This document shows positions 18,586-28,196 of a DNA stretch of 64,000 nt, one piece after another. The DNA is from an uncultured Planctomycetia bacterium. Its GTDB lineage: Bacteria > Omnitrophota > Gorgyraeia > 2-02-FULL-51-18 > JAGOUK01. The position numbers and the translations under genes are program-made. The first letter of the stretch is position 1; every line of letters starts with the position of its first letter. The stretch is from NCBI GenBank assembly GCA_964430735.1, contig CAYSFB010000004.1, positions 40,040-104,039 on the forward strand, given 5' to 3'. The notes below the pieces were generated by a model that ran no database searches, was not told the DNA's origin, and worked only from the letters and a program-made list of their open reading frames with translations.

Positions 18586-18837
18586 ATGTTCGGCAAGATG
18601 GGTAATATGATGAAGCAGATTCAGATGATGCAGAAGCTGATGAAGGACGAGAACTTCAAGGCGTTCATCTCGCATCCCAAGATGCAGGAACTGATCAAGG
18701 ACCCGCAGTTCATGGAGCTTATGAAGAAGCAGGATATGCCTGCGCTTCAGAAGCATCCCAAGTTCGGTTCCGTAATGAAGGACCCCGAAATTCTGGAGTT
18801 GATCCGGAAGATCGATTTTAAGAAGCTGATGGCCTAG
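18586..18837 (+). CDS. Small (83-aa) Met/Lys-rich protein with two STI1/DP-like repeats (HPKMQELIKDPQFMELMKK and HPKFGSVMKDPEILELIRK)
   Basis: The sequence MFGKMGNMMKQIQMMQKLMKDENFKAFISHPKMQELIKDP... has the repeat pattern of STI1 (Hop/ubiquilin-type) domains, which are unusual in bacteria. Confidence 0.5.
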   Translation: MFGKMGNMMKQIQMMQKLMKDENFKAFISHPKMQELIKDPQFMELMKKQDMPALQKHPKFGSVMKDPEILELIRKIDFKKLMA

Positions 18838-18868
18838 TTTGTTATGATGTTCTCCGGAGGGAACCCCG

Positions 18869-19504
18869 ATGAATCCTTCAGGACCCCGACTCGGACTTCG
18901 GATTGCGCTCGCCGCCGCCTGCATCTTCGCCGCGCCGCTCGCCGCCTCGGCTCAGGAGGAGCTGCCGGAATATTTTAAGATCGGCCCGCAGGGGGATCTG
19001 ACCTGCGTCGGGGCGCTCGAAGACGCCTGCGCCTATTACGACGAAATTCCCGTACCCGGAAAGACGCTTTTTTTGGTCCAGGGCAGCTACTCCGTCAAGT
19101 CCCACCCCGCCCAACTGAGACAGATCGGCCCCCACATCCTCAATTACTACTTTGCGCTCCTGTGCGAGCGCGAGGGTGACACGCTCAAGCCTGTTTTTAA
19201 CTTCCTGGAAGGGCGGGAGCGCGCCAGCGACATCCATTTGCACGATCTGGACGCCGATGGCGTGCCGGAAGTCATCGTCGTCGGAGCCTTTGATTCCCGC
19301 GGTTCCTACGCGTCCGTGTACCGGGTCGAGAGCGGCCGGCAGGTGCAGATCTTCACCCGGCGCGCGAACACCCCCAACATTGATTTTGAAGTCGATCACG
19401 GTGCCGCCGTGATCACGCTCGAGCAGCGCAACCCCAAGACGCACGGCGATCTGGTCCGCGAAGTCTTCGTCTGGAACGGGAAGGAATTCGCCCTCCAGTC
19501 ATGA
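18869..19504 (+). CDS. Hypothetical secreted protein
   Basis: Signal peptide LRIALAAACIFAAPLAASAQE. No recognisable domain. The stop overlaps the dinB start. Confidence 0.5.
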   Translation: MNPSGPRLGLRIALAAACIFAAPLAASAQEELPEYFKIGPQGDLTCVGALEDACAYYDEIPVPGKTLFLVQGSYSVKSHPAQLRQIGPHILNYYFALLCEREGDTLKPVFNFLEGRERASDIHLHDLDADGVPEVIVVGAFDSRGSYASVYRVESGRQVQIFTRRANTPNIDFEVDHGAAVITLEQRNPKTHGDLVREVFVWNGKEFALQS

Positions 19505-20613
19505 GCGCTTTACGCAAGCCGCGTTCGGCGGCGCCGACGGCGGCGGATTGGCCGCGCAAGATCATCCATGTGGATATGGATGCTTTTTTCGCCGCGGTTG
19601 AACAGCAGGACCGTCCGGAATTGCGCGGAAAGCCCGTGATCGTCGGCGGCGAGCCCGGCGGCCGCGGCGTCGTGAGCACGGCTTCGTACGAGGCGCGGGC
19701 CTTCGGCGTACGTTCGGCGATGCCGGCGTTTCAAGCGGTCAAGCTCTGCCCCCAGGGTGTGTTTGTCCGGCCGAGATTCGACCGGTATTCCGAAGTGTCG
19801 GCGCGGGTCATGGCGATCCTGCATCAGCACACGGATTTGGTCGAGCCCGTTTCGCTCGACGAGGCGTACCTGGACGTGACCCGGCACAAGCTCAAATGCG
19901 CGGATCCGGTCCGCGCCGCCCAGATGATCCGCCAGTCGATCCGCGCGGTCACCGGGCTCACGGCCTCGGCGGGGGTCTCCGTGAACTGCTTCGTGGCGAA
20001 GATCGCGTCGGATCAGAACAAGCCGGACGGTCTCACGGTGATCGGCCCGGACGACGTGCAGCGCTTCTTGTCGGATTTGCCGGTGCGGAAGATGCCGGGT
20101 ATCGGCCCGGTCAGCGAAAAGCGTCTGACCGCCCTCGGAATCAAGACCTGCGGCGACTTGGCCGCGGCCGGCCGCGAAAGACTTTTTGACGTATTCGGCA
20201 AAAGCGGAATCGAAATCTGGGAGCGGGCCAACGGCCGCGACGACAGGCCGGTGGAGCCGGCCGGCATGCCGCGCCAGCATTCCAGCGAAGAGACGTTCCG
20301 CACGGACGTCGTCGACGTCGAACGCCTGAAGCTCAAGCTCAAGGAGTTTTCGGGCGCAGTTTTGGAAGGACTCAAAGAAGAAGGGCTCACGGGGCGCACA
20401 ATCGTGCTCAAGATCAAGTACCATGATTTTCAGCAGATCACGCGCTCGCAGACGCTGAGCGCGTCGGTGAAGGGGCCCGAGGATTTGTACCGCGTCGCGT
20501 GCCGGCTGCTCGCGGAAAAAACGGAAGCCGGAAAACGGCCGGTCCGGCTCTTGGGGCTCGGAGTGTCCGGGCTGCAGGAGCGCGGATCGATCCAGGAGGA
20601 TTTGTTCGAATGA
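19501..20613 (+). CDS. dinB: DNA polymerase IV
   Basis: KIIHVDMDAFFAAVEQQDRPELRGKPVIVGG...SLDEAYLDVT is the Y-family polymerase palm. Confidence 0.85.
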   Translation: MSALRKPRSAAPTAADWPRKIIHVDMDAFFAAVEQQDRPELRGKPVIVGGEPGGRGVVSTASYEARAFGVRSAMPAFQAVKLCPQGVFVRPRFDRYSEVSARVMAILHQHTDLVEPVSLDEAYLDVTRHKLKCADPVRAAQMIRQSIRAVTGLTASAGVSVNCFVAKIASDQNKPDGLTVIGPDDVQRFLSDLPVRKMPGIGPVSEKRLTALGIKTCGDLAAAGRERLFDVFGKSGIEIWERANGRDDRPVEPAGMPRQHSSEETFRTDVVDVERLKLKLKEFSGAVLEGLKEEGLTGRTIVLKIKYHDFQQITRSQTLSASVKGPEDLYRVACRLLAEKTEAGKRPVRLLGLGVSGLQERGSIQEDLFE

Positions 20614-20993
20614 AGCGCGTCAACGGAGGATTCGGTATGAAACATTTTCTGGCGGGTGCGGCGCTGGCCGCGGCCGTGGCCGGGGCGGGTTCGGCCGTTC
20701 TGGCGCAGGACTTCGAGACCGGTCCCAATATATCCGGAGAGAGCTCGGCCTCGGACCGACGGCAGCTGCTGCAGGACGAGCGGCCCGTCCGCATGGACGA
20801 CAACATGCGGATCGAGGTCCCGCGAGGACCGAACGGGTTTCCGCAGCGGCCGGTCCGCGGATTGTCGCGCACCGAAGAGATGGAGATGGACGATCTGGAG
20901 CACCGTTTTCAGCAGGGGCAGATCGGCGAAGCGGAATACTATTCCCGGCGCAACGCCCTGATGGAACGGATCGGTCTTGAGGCCGAGTACTAA
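20610..20993 (+). CDS. Hypothetical secreted protein with a SHOCT-like C-terminus (GQIGEAEYYSRRNALMERIGL)
   Basis: ATGA overlap with the dinB stop. The signal peptide ends near AVLAQD. The SHOCT-like motif is recognised by pattern. Confidence 0.45.
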   Translation: MKRVNGGFGMKHFLAGAALAAAVAGAGSAVLAQDFETGPNISGESSASDRRQLLQDERPVRMDDNMRIEVPRGPNGFPQRPVRGLSRTEEMEMDDLEHRFQQGQIGEAEYYSRRNALMERIGLEAEY

Positions 20994-21021
20994 ACATTTT
21001 GAACCCCGGAGAATATCAAAC

Positions 21022-21645
21022 ATGAACAGGCAATTTTGGATCGGAGCGGCGGTTGCGGCGGCGGTGTTGACGGGCGGATCCGCGTGGGCGGACGGCGCTA
21101 GAATCATGGCGGTGACCGGCGATGCCTTCGTGGCGAACCAGGACGGGATTCAGCGGGCCAAAAAGGGCATGACTTGTGAAGCGGGTGACATGGTGATGAC
21201 CCGCCAGGGATGTCATCTGGATCTTTCGGTCGGCGGTCAGGCCGGTTGCCGGATGCTGCCGGGCACGACGGCTGCGATCGGCAGCGTGACGCCGGAGCGC
21301 ATCAAGCTCGTGGTGGCCGAGGGCAACGTGGTTCTCAATGTAAAAAAACTCGCTGCCGGATCCGAGTTTACGGTCGACACTCCGACGTCGGTCGCGGCCG
21401 TCCGCGGAACGCAGTTCTGGGGACGTGTGACAGGTGGCGAAAGCGCAAGTCCGGTCACGACGTTCGCGGTCCGGGAAGGGTCGGTCCAGATTTATGACAA
21501 AGCCTCCTCCAAATCCGTCACGGTGAATGCCGGGCAGGCGGTCGATATGGCCGGCGGAAAGGCCGGGGATCCCGTGGTCCGCACCGCGCTTCCGGACGAA
21601 ATGAACGCGATGGCCGTGGCGGATCAGATTGCGATCTCTGCTTAA
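21022..21645 (+). CDS. Secreted FecR-domain protein (FecR/DUF4974-like beta-sandwich, with no anti-sigma N-domain)
   Basis: Signal peptide, then ...FTVDTPTSVAAVRGTQFWGRV..., the characteristic VRGT.F FecR motif. Confidence 0.55.
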   Translation: MNRQFWIGAAVAAAVLTGGSAWADGARIMAVTGDAFVANQDGIQRAKKGMTCEAGDMVMTRQGCHLDLSVGGQAGCRMLPGTTAAIGSVTPERIKLVVAEGNVVLNVKKLAAGSEFTVDTPTSVAAVRGTQFWGRVTGGESASPVTTFAVREGSVQIYDKASSKSVTVNAGQAVDMAGGKAGDPVVRTALPDEMNAMAVADQIAISA

Positions 21646-21752
21646 AGCCCCTTTCACACTTATTTGAGAATAGGATGCGATTGCGCTTTTTCAGCAGTAA
21701 CTTGTTATTTTTTGCTAAGATATGTGTCTATTAGCTTAAAATTAATAAACTG

Positions 21753-23696
21753 ATGCCACGTTCCGAACCCACCCCCAGCCCCCAACCGTCTTCCGGATCT
21801 TCAAGCCCGGAGATCTCCGATTTTGATCTGCACCTCTTAGCCGAGGGAACCCACCAGCGCAGTTATGATATTCTCGGCGCGCATGAGCGGGTGCGCGGCG
21901 GCGTACGCGGCGTGGACTTCGTCGTCTGGTCGCCGAACGCCAAGGCGGTCTGTGTCGTCGGGGATTTTAACGGCTGGCAGGACGGCTCGCATCCGATGAG
22001 CCGGGTCCGGAACTCGAGTTTTTGGGCGTTGTTCGTTCCGGGGCTGAAGGAAGGCGATCTGTACAAATACGCCGTCCGCGGCTGCGACGATCAGGTCCGG
22101 TTCAAGGCGGACCCCGTCGCGTTCTGGGCCGAACTGCGGCCGAAGACCGCGTCGCGTGTCGCGCGGCTCGACGATTACGCCTGGGGCGATTCCGCGTGGA
22201 TGGCCCAGCGGCGTCAGACCGACCCGTTGCAAAAACCCATGTCCGTTTACGAAGTTCATCTGGGCTCCTGGAAACGCAACGGCGAATCCGGCAATGAATT
22301 CCTCTCCTACCGTGATCTCGCACACCAGATCGTCGACTACTGCAAAAAAATGGGTTACACGCATGTCGAGCTCATGCCCGTCATGGAGCATCCGCTCGAC
22401 GAGTCCTGGGGGTATCAGGTGGTCAGCTATTACGCGCCGACCAGCCGGTTCGGCACGCCGAAGGACTTCATGCATTTTGTTGACCACTGCCACCGCAACG
22501 GCATCGGCGTCATCGTCGACTGGGTGCCCGGACATTTTCCGCAGGACCCGCACGGCCTGGCGAACTTCGACGGCCGCGAGATCTACGCGTACGAGGATTG
22601 GAAAAAGCGCGACCACCGCGACTGGGGAACCTTCGTCTTCGATTACGGCCGCCCGGAGGTCAAAAACTTCCTCATCGCCAATGCCCTGTTCTGGCTGGAT
22701 AAGTATCACGTCGACGGCCTGCGCGTGGATGCGGTCGCCTCGATGATATACCTCGATTACTCGCGCAGCTACGGGGAATGGTCGCCCAACATGTTCGGCG
22801 GCAACGAAAACCTCGAAGCCAAGGACTTCCTGAAGCAGTTCAACGAGATCGTCTACGCGCGCTTTCCGGGCGTGGTCACGGCGGCCGAGGAATCGACCGC
22901 GTGGCCGGGCGTCTCGCGCCCGACGTACCAGGGCGGACTGGGCTTCGGCCTCAAATGGAACATGGGTTGGATGCACGACACGCTCGAGTATTTTTCGAAG
23001 GAACCGGTCCATCGCCGCTGGCATCAGGGGCTGATCACTTTTTCGCTGCTGTACGCGTTCACCGAGAACTTCATCCTGCCCATCTCGCACGACGAAGTCG
23101 TGCACGGGAAGAAAAACCTCCTCGACAAGATGCCGGGCGACGACTGGCAGCGGCTTGCGAATCTGCGGCTGTTCCTGGGCTACATGTTCGCGCATCCGGG
23201 GAAGAAGCTTCTGTTCCAGGGCTGCGACTTCGGCCAGTGGCACGAATGGTCCGCGACGCAGTCGGTCGACTGGCACCTGCTCGACTTCGAGCGGCATCAG
23301 CATATTCAGAAGCTCGTCCAGGACTTGAACCGCGTATACCGGGAGAACCCGGCGCTGTACGAGGTCGACTTCAACGCCGAAGGGTTCGAGTGGATTGACT
23401 TCGCCGACGGCGACGCAAGCGTCATCAGCTTCATCCGCTGGTCGCGCGGCTACCGCGAGCTCATCGTCGGCGTTTGCAACATGACGCCTGTGCCGCGCCA
23501 CGATTACCGCGTCGGCGTCCCGCGCGCGGGCGTCTATCGCGAGCTGCTCAACACCGACGCGGCCGACTACGGTGGCAGCGGCATCGGCAATATGGGCCGC
23601 AAAACCACCGAGAGCGTCCCTCACGAGCACCGGCCGGCGTCGATGGTCCTTCAGCTGCCGCCGCTCAGCATCGTGCTCCTGAAGCACGAAGGATAG
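21753..23696 (+). CDS. glgB: 1,4-alpha-glucan branching enzyme (GH13)
   Basis: VDFVVWSPNAKAVCVVGDFNGWQ (CBM48), then ...GYTHVELMPVMEHP...GVIVDWVPGHF...RVDAVASMIY, the GH13 catalytic regions. Confidence 0.9.
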   Translation: MPRSEPTPSPQPSSGSSSPEISDFDLHLLAEGTHQRSYDILGAHERVRGGVRGVDFVVWSPNAKAVCVVGDFNGWQDGSHPMSRVRNSSFWALFVPGLKEGDLYKYAVRGCDDQVRFKADPVAFWAELRPKTASRVARLDDYAWGDSAWMAQRRQTDPLQKPMSVYEVHLGSWKRNGESGNEFLSYRDLAHQIVDYCKKMGYTHVELMPVMEHPLDESWGYQVVSYYAPTSRFGTPKDFMHFVDHCHRNGIGVIVDWVPGHFPQDPHGLANFDGREIYAYEDWKKRDHRDWGTFVFDYGRPEVKNFLIANALFWLDKYHVDGLRVDAVASMIYLDYSRSYGEWSPNMFGGNENLEAKDFLKQFNEIVYARFPGVVTAAEESTAWPGVSRPTYQGGLGFGLKWNMGWMHDTLEYFSKEPVHRRWHQGLITFSLLYAFTENFILPISHDEVVHGKKNLLDKMPGDDWQRLANLRLFLGYMFAHPGKKLLFQGCDFGQWHEWSATQSVDWHLLDFERHQHIQKLVQDLNRVYRENPALYEVDFNAEGFEWIDFADGDASVISFIRWSRGYRELIVGVCNMTPVPRHDYRVGVPRAGVYRELLNTDAADYGGSGIGNMGRKTTESVPHEHRPASMVLQLPPLSIVLLKHEG

Positions 23697-23700
23697 GACC

Positions 23701-26193
23701 GTGTCGAACACCTGTCTTTGCATCCACGGCCATTTTTATCAGCCTCCGAGGGAAAATCCCTGGATCGAGGGTATTGAACGGCAGGAGAGCGCCGCGCCGT
23801 TCCACGACTGGAACGAACGCATCCACTACGAATGCTACCTGCCGAATTCCCGCGCGCGCGTCATCGACGAGCACAACCACATCATCGACATCGTGAATAA
23901 TTACGAGACGATGAGCTTCAATTTTGGCCCGACGCTTCTGTCGTGGATCCGCGAAAAGCACCGCGATACGTTCCGCCGCATCCTGGAAGCCGACCGCAAA
24001 AGCGTCGAGCGTCACCACGGTCATGGAAACGCGATCGCGCAAGGCTACAACCACATCATCCTTCCGCTTGCGAACCGCCGCGACAAAGTCACGCAGATCC
24101 GCTGGGGCCTCGAGGACTTCCGTCACACCTTCGACCGCGAGTCCGAGGGGATGTGGCTGCCTGAAACGGCGGTCGACGCCCAGACCCTCGAAGTCCTGAT
24201 CGAGGAAAAAGTGAAGTACATCATCCTGTCGCCGTATCAGGCGGAGACCGTGCGGCACTTCGACGCGCACGAATGGCAGGACGTTTCCAGCGGATCGATC
24301 GACCCGCGGCGAGCGTACCGTTATTTCCTGCCGCAGGACCGCGGCCGCTTCATCGACATCTTCTTTTACGACGGCATCATCGCCCAGTCGGTCGCGTTTG
24401 AGAACGCGCTCTCCGACGCCAAGGTGTTCGCCGACCGGATTGCGGCCGCCCGTAATCACGCGCCTGCCGGACCGCAGCTGCTGCACGTCGCGACCGACGG
24501 GGAGACCTACGGACATCACAAATCCTTTGGCGACCGTGTGCTGGCCTATCTGACTCACCGGGAAGCCGAGGCGCGCGGGTGGCGGGTCGTGAATTACGGA
24601 GAATTTTTGGCCGAGAACCCGCCCGTGTGGGAAGTACGGCTCAAGCCCGGTCCCAACGGCGAGGGGACATCCTGGAGCTGCGCGCACGGCGTCGGCCGCT
24701 GGAAGGAAAATTGCGGGTGCCGCGGCGGCGGACCGGAAGAGTGGAGTCAGAATTGGCGCGGGCCGCTGCGCGAGGCGCTGGATTGGCTGCGCGACGAATC
24801 GTCCCGTCTGTTCGAGTCGCGCGGTGCGGAATATCTGAAGGACGTATGGGCGGCGCGAGATGCATACATTCACGTCATCCACGACCGCAAAAAAAACCTC
24901 AAACCGTTTTTGGAAGCCCATGCGGTCCGGCCGCTCGCCGGCAAGGACCTGACGGCCGTCCTCCGACTGCTCGAAATGCAGCGCAACGCGATGTTCATGT
25001 ACACGAGCTGCGGCTGGTTCTTCACCGAAATCTCCGGGATCGAAACCGCTCAAATTCTCCAGTACGCCGCGCGCGTGCTTCAGCTGCTCGCGCAGTCCGG
25101 AGGCCAGGACTTGGAGCCGGAATTCCTCAAGCGCCTGGAGCGGGCCCCGTCCAACGTGGCGGCGTTTGGAAACGGCCGCGGGATCTATGAACGCTTTGCC
25201 AAGCCGGCCGTCGCGACGCTGCGGCACATCGTCAGTTATTACGCGATCGGATCCATCTTTGAGGAGAATCCATCGGGCCGGGCGCACATGAGCTTTTATT
25301 GCTTCGACCTGGACGTGGTCAGCCGGCGCATCGAGCGCTTCGGTACGACGACGCTCAACGTCGGGCGCGTCCGGATCGCTTCGCGCATCACGGGCAGCGA
25401 CGGCGACTTCATGTACGTCGTCGTCCAGTCAGGTCTTTACGACTTCCGCTGTTCGGTGATTCCGTTCCGTTCCGATGAGGAATTCGCACGGATCGAGGCG
25501 GAGCTGTTCGAGGGGCTGCACCTGCATCCGATCTTCGAGCTGCTGCGCAAGATCGACGGATTCTTCGGCGAAGATTACTTCGGTCTCAAGAACCTCCTCA
25601 TCGAAGACCGTCTCAAGGTCATCCGGCTTCTCACCCGCGAGACGCTCGAACGGGTGAGCGACGTGTACCTCAAGCTTTATGACGAAAACCTCTGGATGAG
25701 CCAGATCTACCGATCCATCAATCTGCCCATCCCGATCGAATTCAGTTACGTCGTCGAGTACACGCTGAACAAGCGGGTGGAGGACGGCATCCGGGAGCTG
25801 GCGACGCACCACTTCAGCCCGAAAAAAGCCGCCGCCGTGTTCAAGCTGATGGAGACCGCCGATTCGCTGAACGTCGAGATCCAGAAAAAAGAAACCGCCC
25901 GGCTGCTTTCGCGCGAGCTCGGAAAAAAAGCCCGGGAATTTGTCCAGACCCCGGAGCCGGAACAAATCACCGCCTGTCTGAACATCCTCAAACTCGCCAA
26001 GCGGATGGGGCTCACGCTGGATCTGGGACGTTCCCAGGAAGAAATTTTTCTGCTGCTCAAGCATTGGAACCTCGATCCGACCCTGGCGCCTGATAATCTG
26101 GGCGAATACCAGGCACCGCTGCTGGCGCTGCTGGGAGAACTGCACATTTCGACCGGGAGCTTCCGGCAGATGCTGCAGGCGGAAGCCAAATGA
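23701..26193 (+). CDS. Glycoside hydrolase family 57 enzyme with a C-terminal DUF3536-like extension (GH57-type alpha-glucan branching / amylase-like). GTG start.
   Basis: CIHGHFYQPPRENPW at the N-terminus is the GH57 signature. Confidence 0.8.
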   Translation: MSNTCLCIHGHFYQPPRENPWIEGIERQESAAPFHDWNERIHYECYLPNSRARVIDEHNHIIDIVNNYETMSFNFGPTLLSWIREKHRDTFRRILEADRKSVERHHGHGNAIAQGYNHIILPLANRRDKVTQIRWGLEDFRHTFDRESEGMWLPETAVDAQTLEVLIEEKVKYIILSPYQAETVRHFDAHEWQDVSSGSIDPRRAYRYFLPQDRGRFIDIFFYDGIIAQSVAFENALSDAKVFADRIAAARNHAPAGPQLLHVATDGETYGHHKSFGDRVLAYLTHREAEARGWRVVNYGEFLAENPPVWEVRLKPGPNGEGTSWSCAHGVGRWKENCGCRGGGPEEWSQNWRGPLREALDWLRDESSRLFESRGAEYLKDVWAARDAYIHVIHDRKKNLKPFLEAHAVRPLAGKDLTAVLRLLEMQRNAMFMYTSCGWFFTEISGIETAQILQYAARVLQLLAQSGGQDLEPEFLKRLERAPSNVAAFGNGRGIYERFAKPAVATLRHIVSYYAIGSIFEENPSGRAHMSFYCFDLDVVSRRIERFGTTTLNVGRVRIASRITGSDGDFMYVVVQSGLYDFRCSVIPFRSDEEFARIEAELFEGLHLHPIFELLRKIDGFFGEDYFGLKNLLIEDRLKVIRLLTRETLERVSDVYLKLYDENLWMSQIYRSINLPIPIEFSYVVEYTLNKRVEDGIRELATHHFSPKKAAAVFKLMETADSLNVEIQKKETARLLSRELGKKAREFVQTPEPEQITACLNILKLAKRMGLTLDLGRSQEEIFLLLKHWNLDPTLAPDNLGEYQAPLLALLGELHISTGSFRQMLQAEAK

Positions 26194-27275
26194 CGGGGGA
26201 CGCGCTGGCGTTGACTGGGATTTTTTTGGGCGGGATGGCGCTCAACCTGACCCCCTGCGTCTATCCCATGATGACGGTGACGGCGTCGATTTTTTCCCGC
26301 GGCGAAAAGACGTCGCTGGGGCTTTCGTTTGCGCGGGCGTTCGTGTACGTGCTCGGCATCTGCGTGATGTACAGCGCGCTCGGGACGGTCGCGGCGGTCA
26401 CCGGCGGCTTCTTCGGCGCGGTGCTGCAGAGCGCGGCCGTGCGCTTCCTGATCGCGGCGCTCCTTTTGGCTCTGGCGCTGGCGATGCTCGGCGTGTACCG
26501 GTTCGAATTGCCGGCGTCGCTCGTTTCGCGGCTCGGCGGACGCCGGGTGGGATTCGCGGGGTTGTTCGTGTCGGGGCTCCTCGTCGGTGTTTTTGCGGCG
26601 CCGTGCATCGGGCCGCCGGTGGTGGCGCTCCTGGCGCATGTGGCCGAACGCCGTGACCCCGTCTACGGGTTCTGGCTCTTTTTTGTGATGGCGGCCGGAC
26701 TCGGGTTTCCGTATCTGGTGCTCGGAACCTTTTCGCATCTGATCAAGGCGCTGCCGAAGTCCGGGGCGTGGCTCGTCTGGGTCGAAAAGCTGTTCGGCGT
26801 GATTCTGCTGGGGTTCGCGGCATTTTATTTTTCGCTCGCTGTCGGCGCTTCGGACATCCTGCCGGCCAAGCGCATGCCTGCCGACACCCCCGCCGCGCAG
26901 CAGGATTCCGGAATCGCCTGGAAGCGATACACGCCCGACGTCCTAAAAGCGGCGCTCGCGTCCGGGAAGCCTGTGGTGCTGGACTTCTATGCTGACTGGT
27001 GCCTGCCCTGCCAGGAAATGGAGGCCGTCACCTACCGGAATGCGGAGGTGATCCGGGGGTTGGAGCGGTTCGAAGCCGTCAAAGTCGACCTGACGGATGC
27101 CGGGAATGAGGCCGAAATGGCGCTGGCCGAGCGTTATCAGGTGATGGGGATTCCGACCCTGATCTTTTTTGACGCTCAAGGCCAGGAAATGGCCGAGTTG
27201 AGAGCAATCGGTTACATCGGACCATCAGAATTTAACAAAATTATCAAACAAATCCCTGATTCCGCCGCCCTTTAA
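26190..27275 (+). CDS. dsbD: Thiol:disulfide interchange protein (DsbD/CcdA transmembrane domain plus C-terminal thioredoxin WCLPCQ)
   Basis: TM core with LTPCVYPMM...AAPCIGPPVV (the two Cys of CcdA/DsbD-beta). The C-terminal Trx fold carries DFYADWCLPCQEME. Confidence 0.75.
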   Translation: MTGDALALTGIFLGGMALNLTPCVYPMMTVTASIFSRGEKTSLGLSFARAFVYVLGICVMYSALGTVAAVTGGFFGAVLQSAAVRFLIAALLLALALAMLGVYRFELPASLVSRLGGRRVGFAGLFVSGLLVGVFAAPCIGPPVVALLAHVAERRDPVYGFWLFFVMAAGLGFPYLVLGTFSHLIKALPKSGAWLVWVEKLFGVILLGFAAFYFSLAVGASDILPAKRMPADTPAAQQDSGIAWKRYTPDVLKAALASGKPVVLDFYADWCLPCQEMEAVTYRNAEVIRGLERFEAVKVDLTDAGNEAEMALAERYQVMGIPTLIFFDAQGQEMAELRAIGYIGPSEFNKIIKQIPDSAAL

Positions 27276-27311
27276 TTGCGCGGGGTGGGGCGTTGTGCTA
27301 TAGTCACCGCC

Positions 27312-28196
27312 ATGAAAAACCTTAAATTCCAATCCGCGTTGTTGGCGTCCGCTGTACTTCTTCCCACCCTTTTAATCCTCGGCGTTTCCGGCTGCGGCCC
27401 GAAAGAAGCCAAGGGCAAGGTCCTCGCCAGCTACGATGGCGGATCCGTCACCGAAGCCGAATTCATGAAGGCCGTCCGGAGCATGCCGGTGCATATCCGC
27501 ACCGTGGCCCAGGAAAAGAAAACCGAGTTTCTCGAGAGCTTCGTGACTGAGCGCCTGCTCCTTCAGGAGGCGGAAGCCAAGGGGATTCAGCATCTGGCCG
27601 ACGTTCAGGAACTCGTCCAGCAGGCCCGTAACCGCATCCTCGTGACCAAGTTCATCGAGCAGGATCTTGCGGGCAAGGTCGACGTGACCGACGCCGAGGT
27701 TAAGGCTTACTACGACAAGCACACCGACGAATTCGTGGTTCCTTACCGTCTCCGGGCGTCCCACATCCTTCTGCGCGACCGGGCTGAAGCCGAAGCGCTC
27801 CTCGCCAAGATCAAGGGCGGCGAGCTTTTTGAAGAGCAGGCCAAGAAGTATTCGATGGATCCCACCGCGTCCAAGGGCGGGGATCTGGGTTACGTGGCCA
27901 AGGGCCAGCTCATCCCCGAGGTTGAAGAAGCCTTGTTCGCCCTCAAAAAGGGCGAAATCAGCGACGTCGTCCAGTCGAAGTTCGGTTTTCATATTCTCAA
28001 AGTGACCGGCGAGGCCAAGCCCCAGACCAAGGAATTACACCTGGTGAGCAAGGACATCCGCGAGCGGCTCATGCTCGAGAAGCGGTCGCAGGCCTTCAAC
28101 GATCTGATGGAACGCCTTAAAAAGAAGGCCGGAATCAAAATCAACGATGAAGAACTCAATAAGCTCGACTTTTCCGTCCAGCAGCCGGCCGCTTAA
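27312..28196 (+). CDS. Parvulin-type peptidyl-prolyl isomerase lipoprotein (PrsA/SurA-like)
   Basis: Lipobox LILGVSGC. The PPIase region is RASHILL...AKKYSMDP...GGDLGYVAKGQLIPEVEEALFALKKGEIS...FGFHILKV. Confidence 0.7.
   Translation: MKNLKFQSALLASAVLLPTLLILGVSGCGPKEAKGKVLASYDGGSVTEAEFMKAVRSMPVHIRTVAQEKKTEFLESFVTERLLLQEAEAKGIQHLADVQELVQQARNRILVTKFIEQDLAGKVDVTDAEVKAYYDKHTDEFVVPYRLRASHILLRDRAEAEALLAKIKGGELFEEQAKKYSMDPTASKGGDLGYVAKGQLIPEVEEALFALKKGEISDVVQSKFGFHILKVTGEAKPQTKELHLVSKDIRERLMLEKRSQAFNDLMERLKKKAGIKINDEELNKLDFSVQQPAA

Noticed and set aside
26190-27275. DsbD-like gene next to glycogen genes, considered as a misplaced or mobile insertion
   Set aside because: There are no flanking repeats, integrase genes or a GC shift. 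It is simply followed by the periplasmic foldase genes, so the neighbourhood is functionally coherent.
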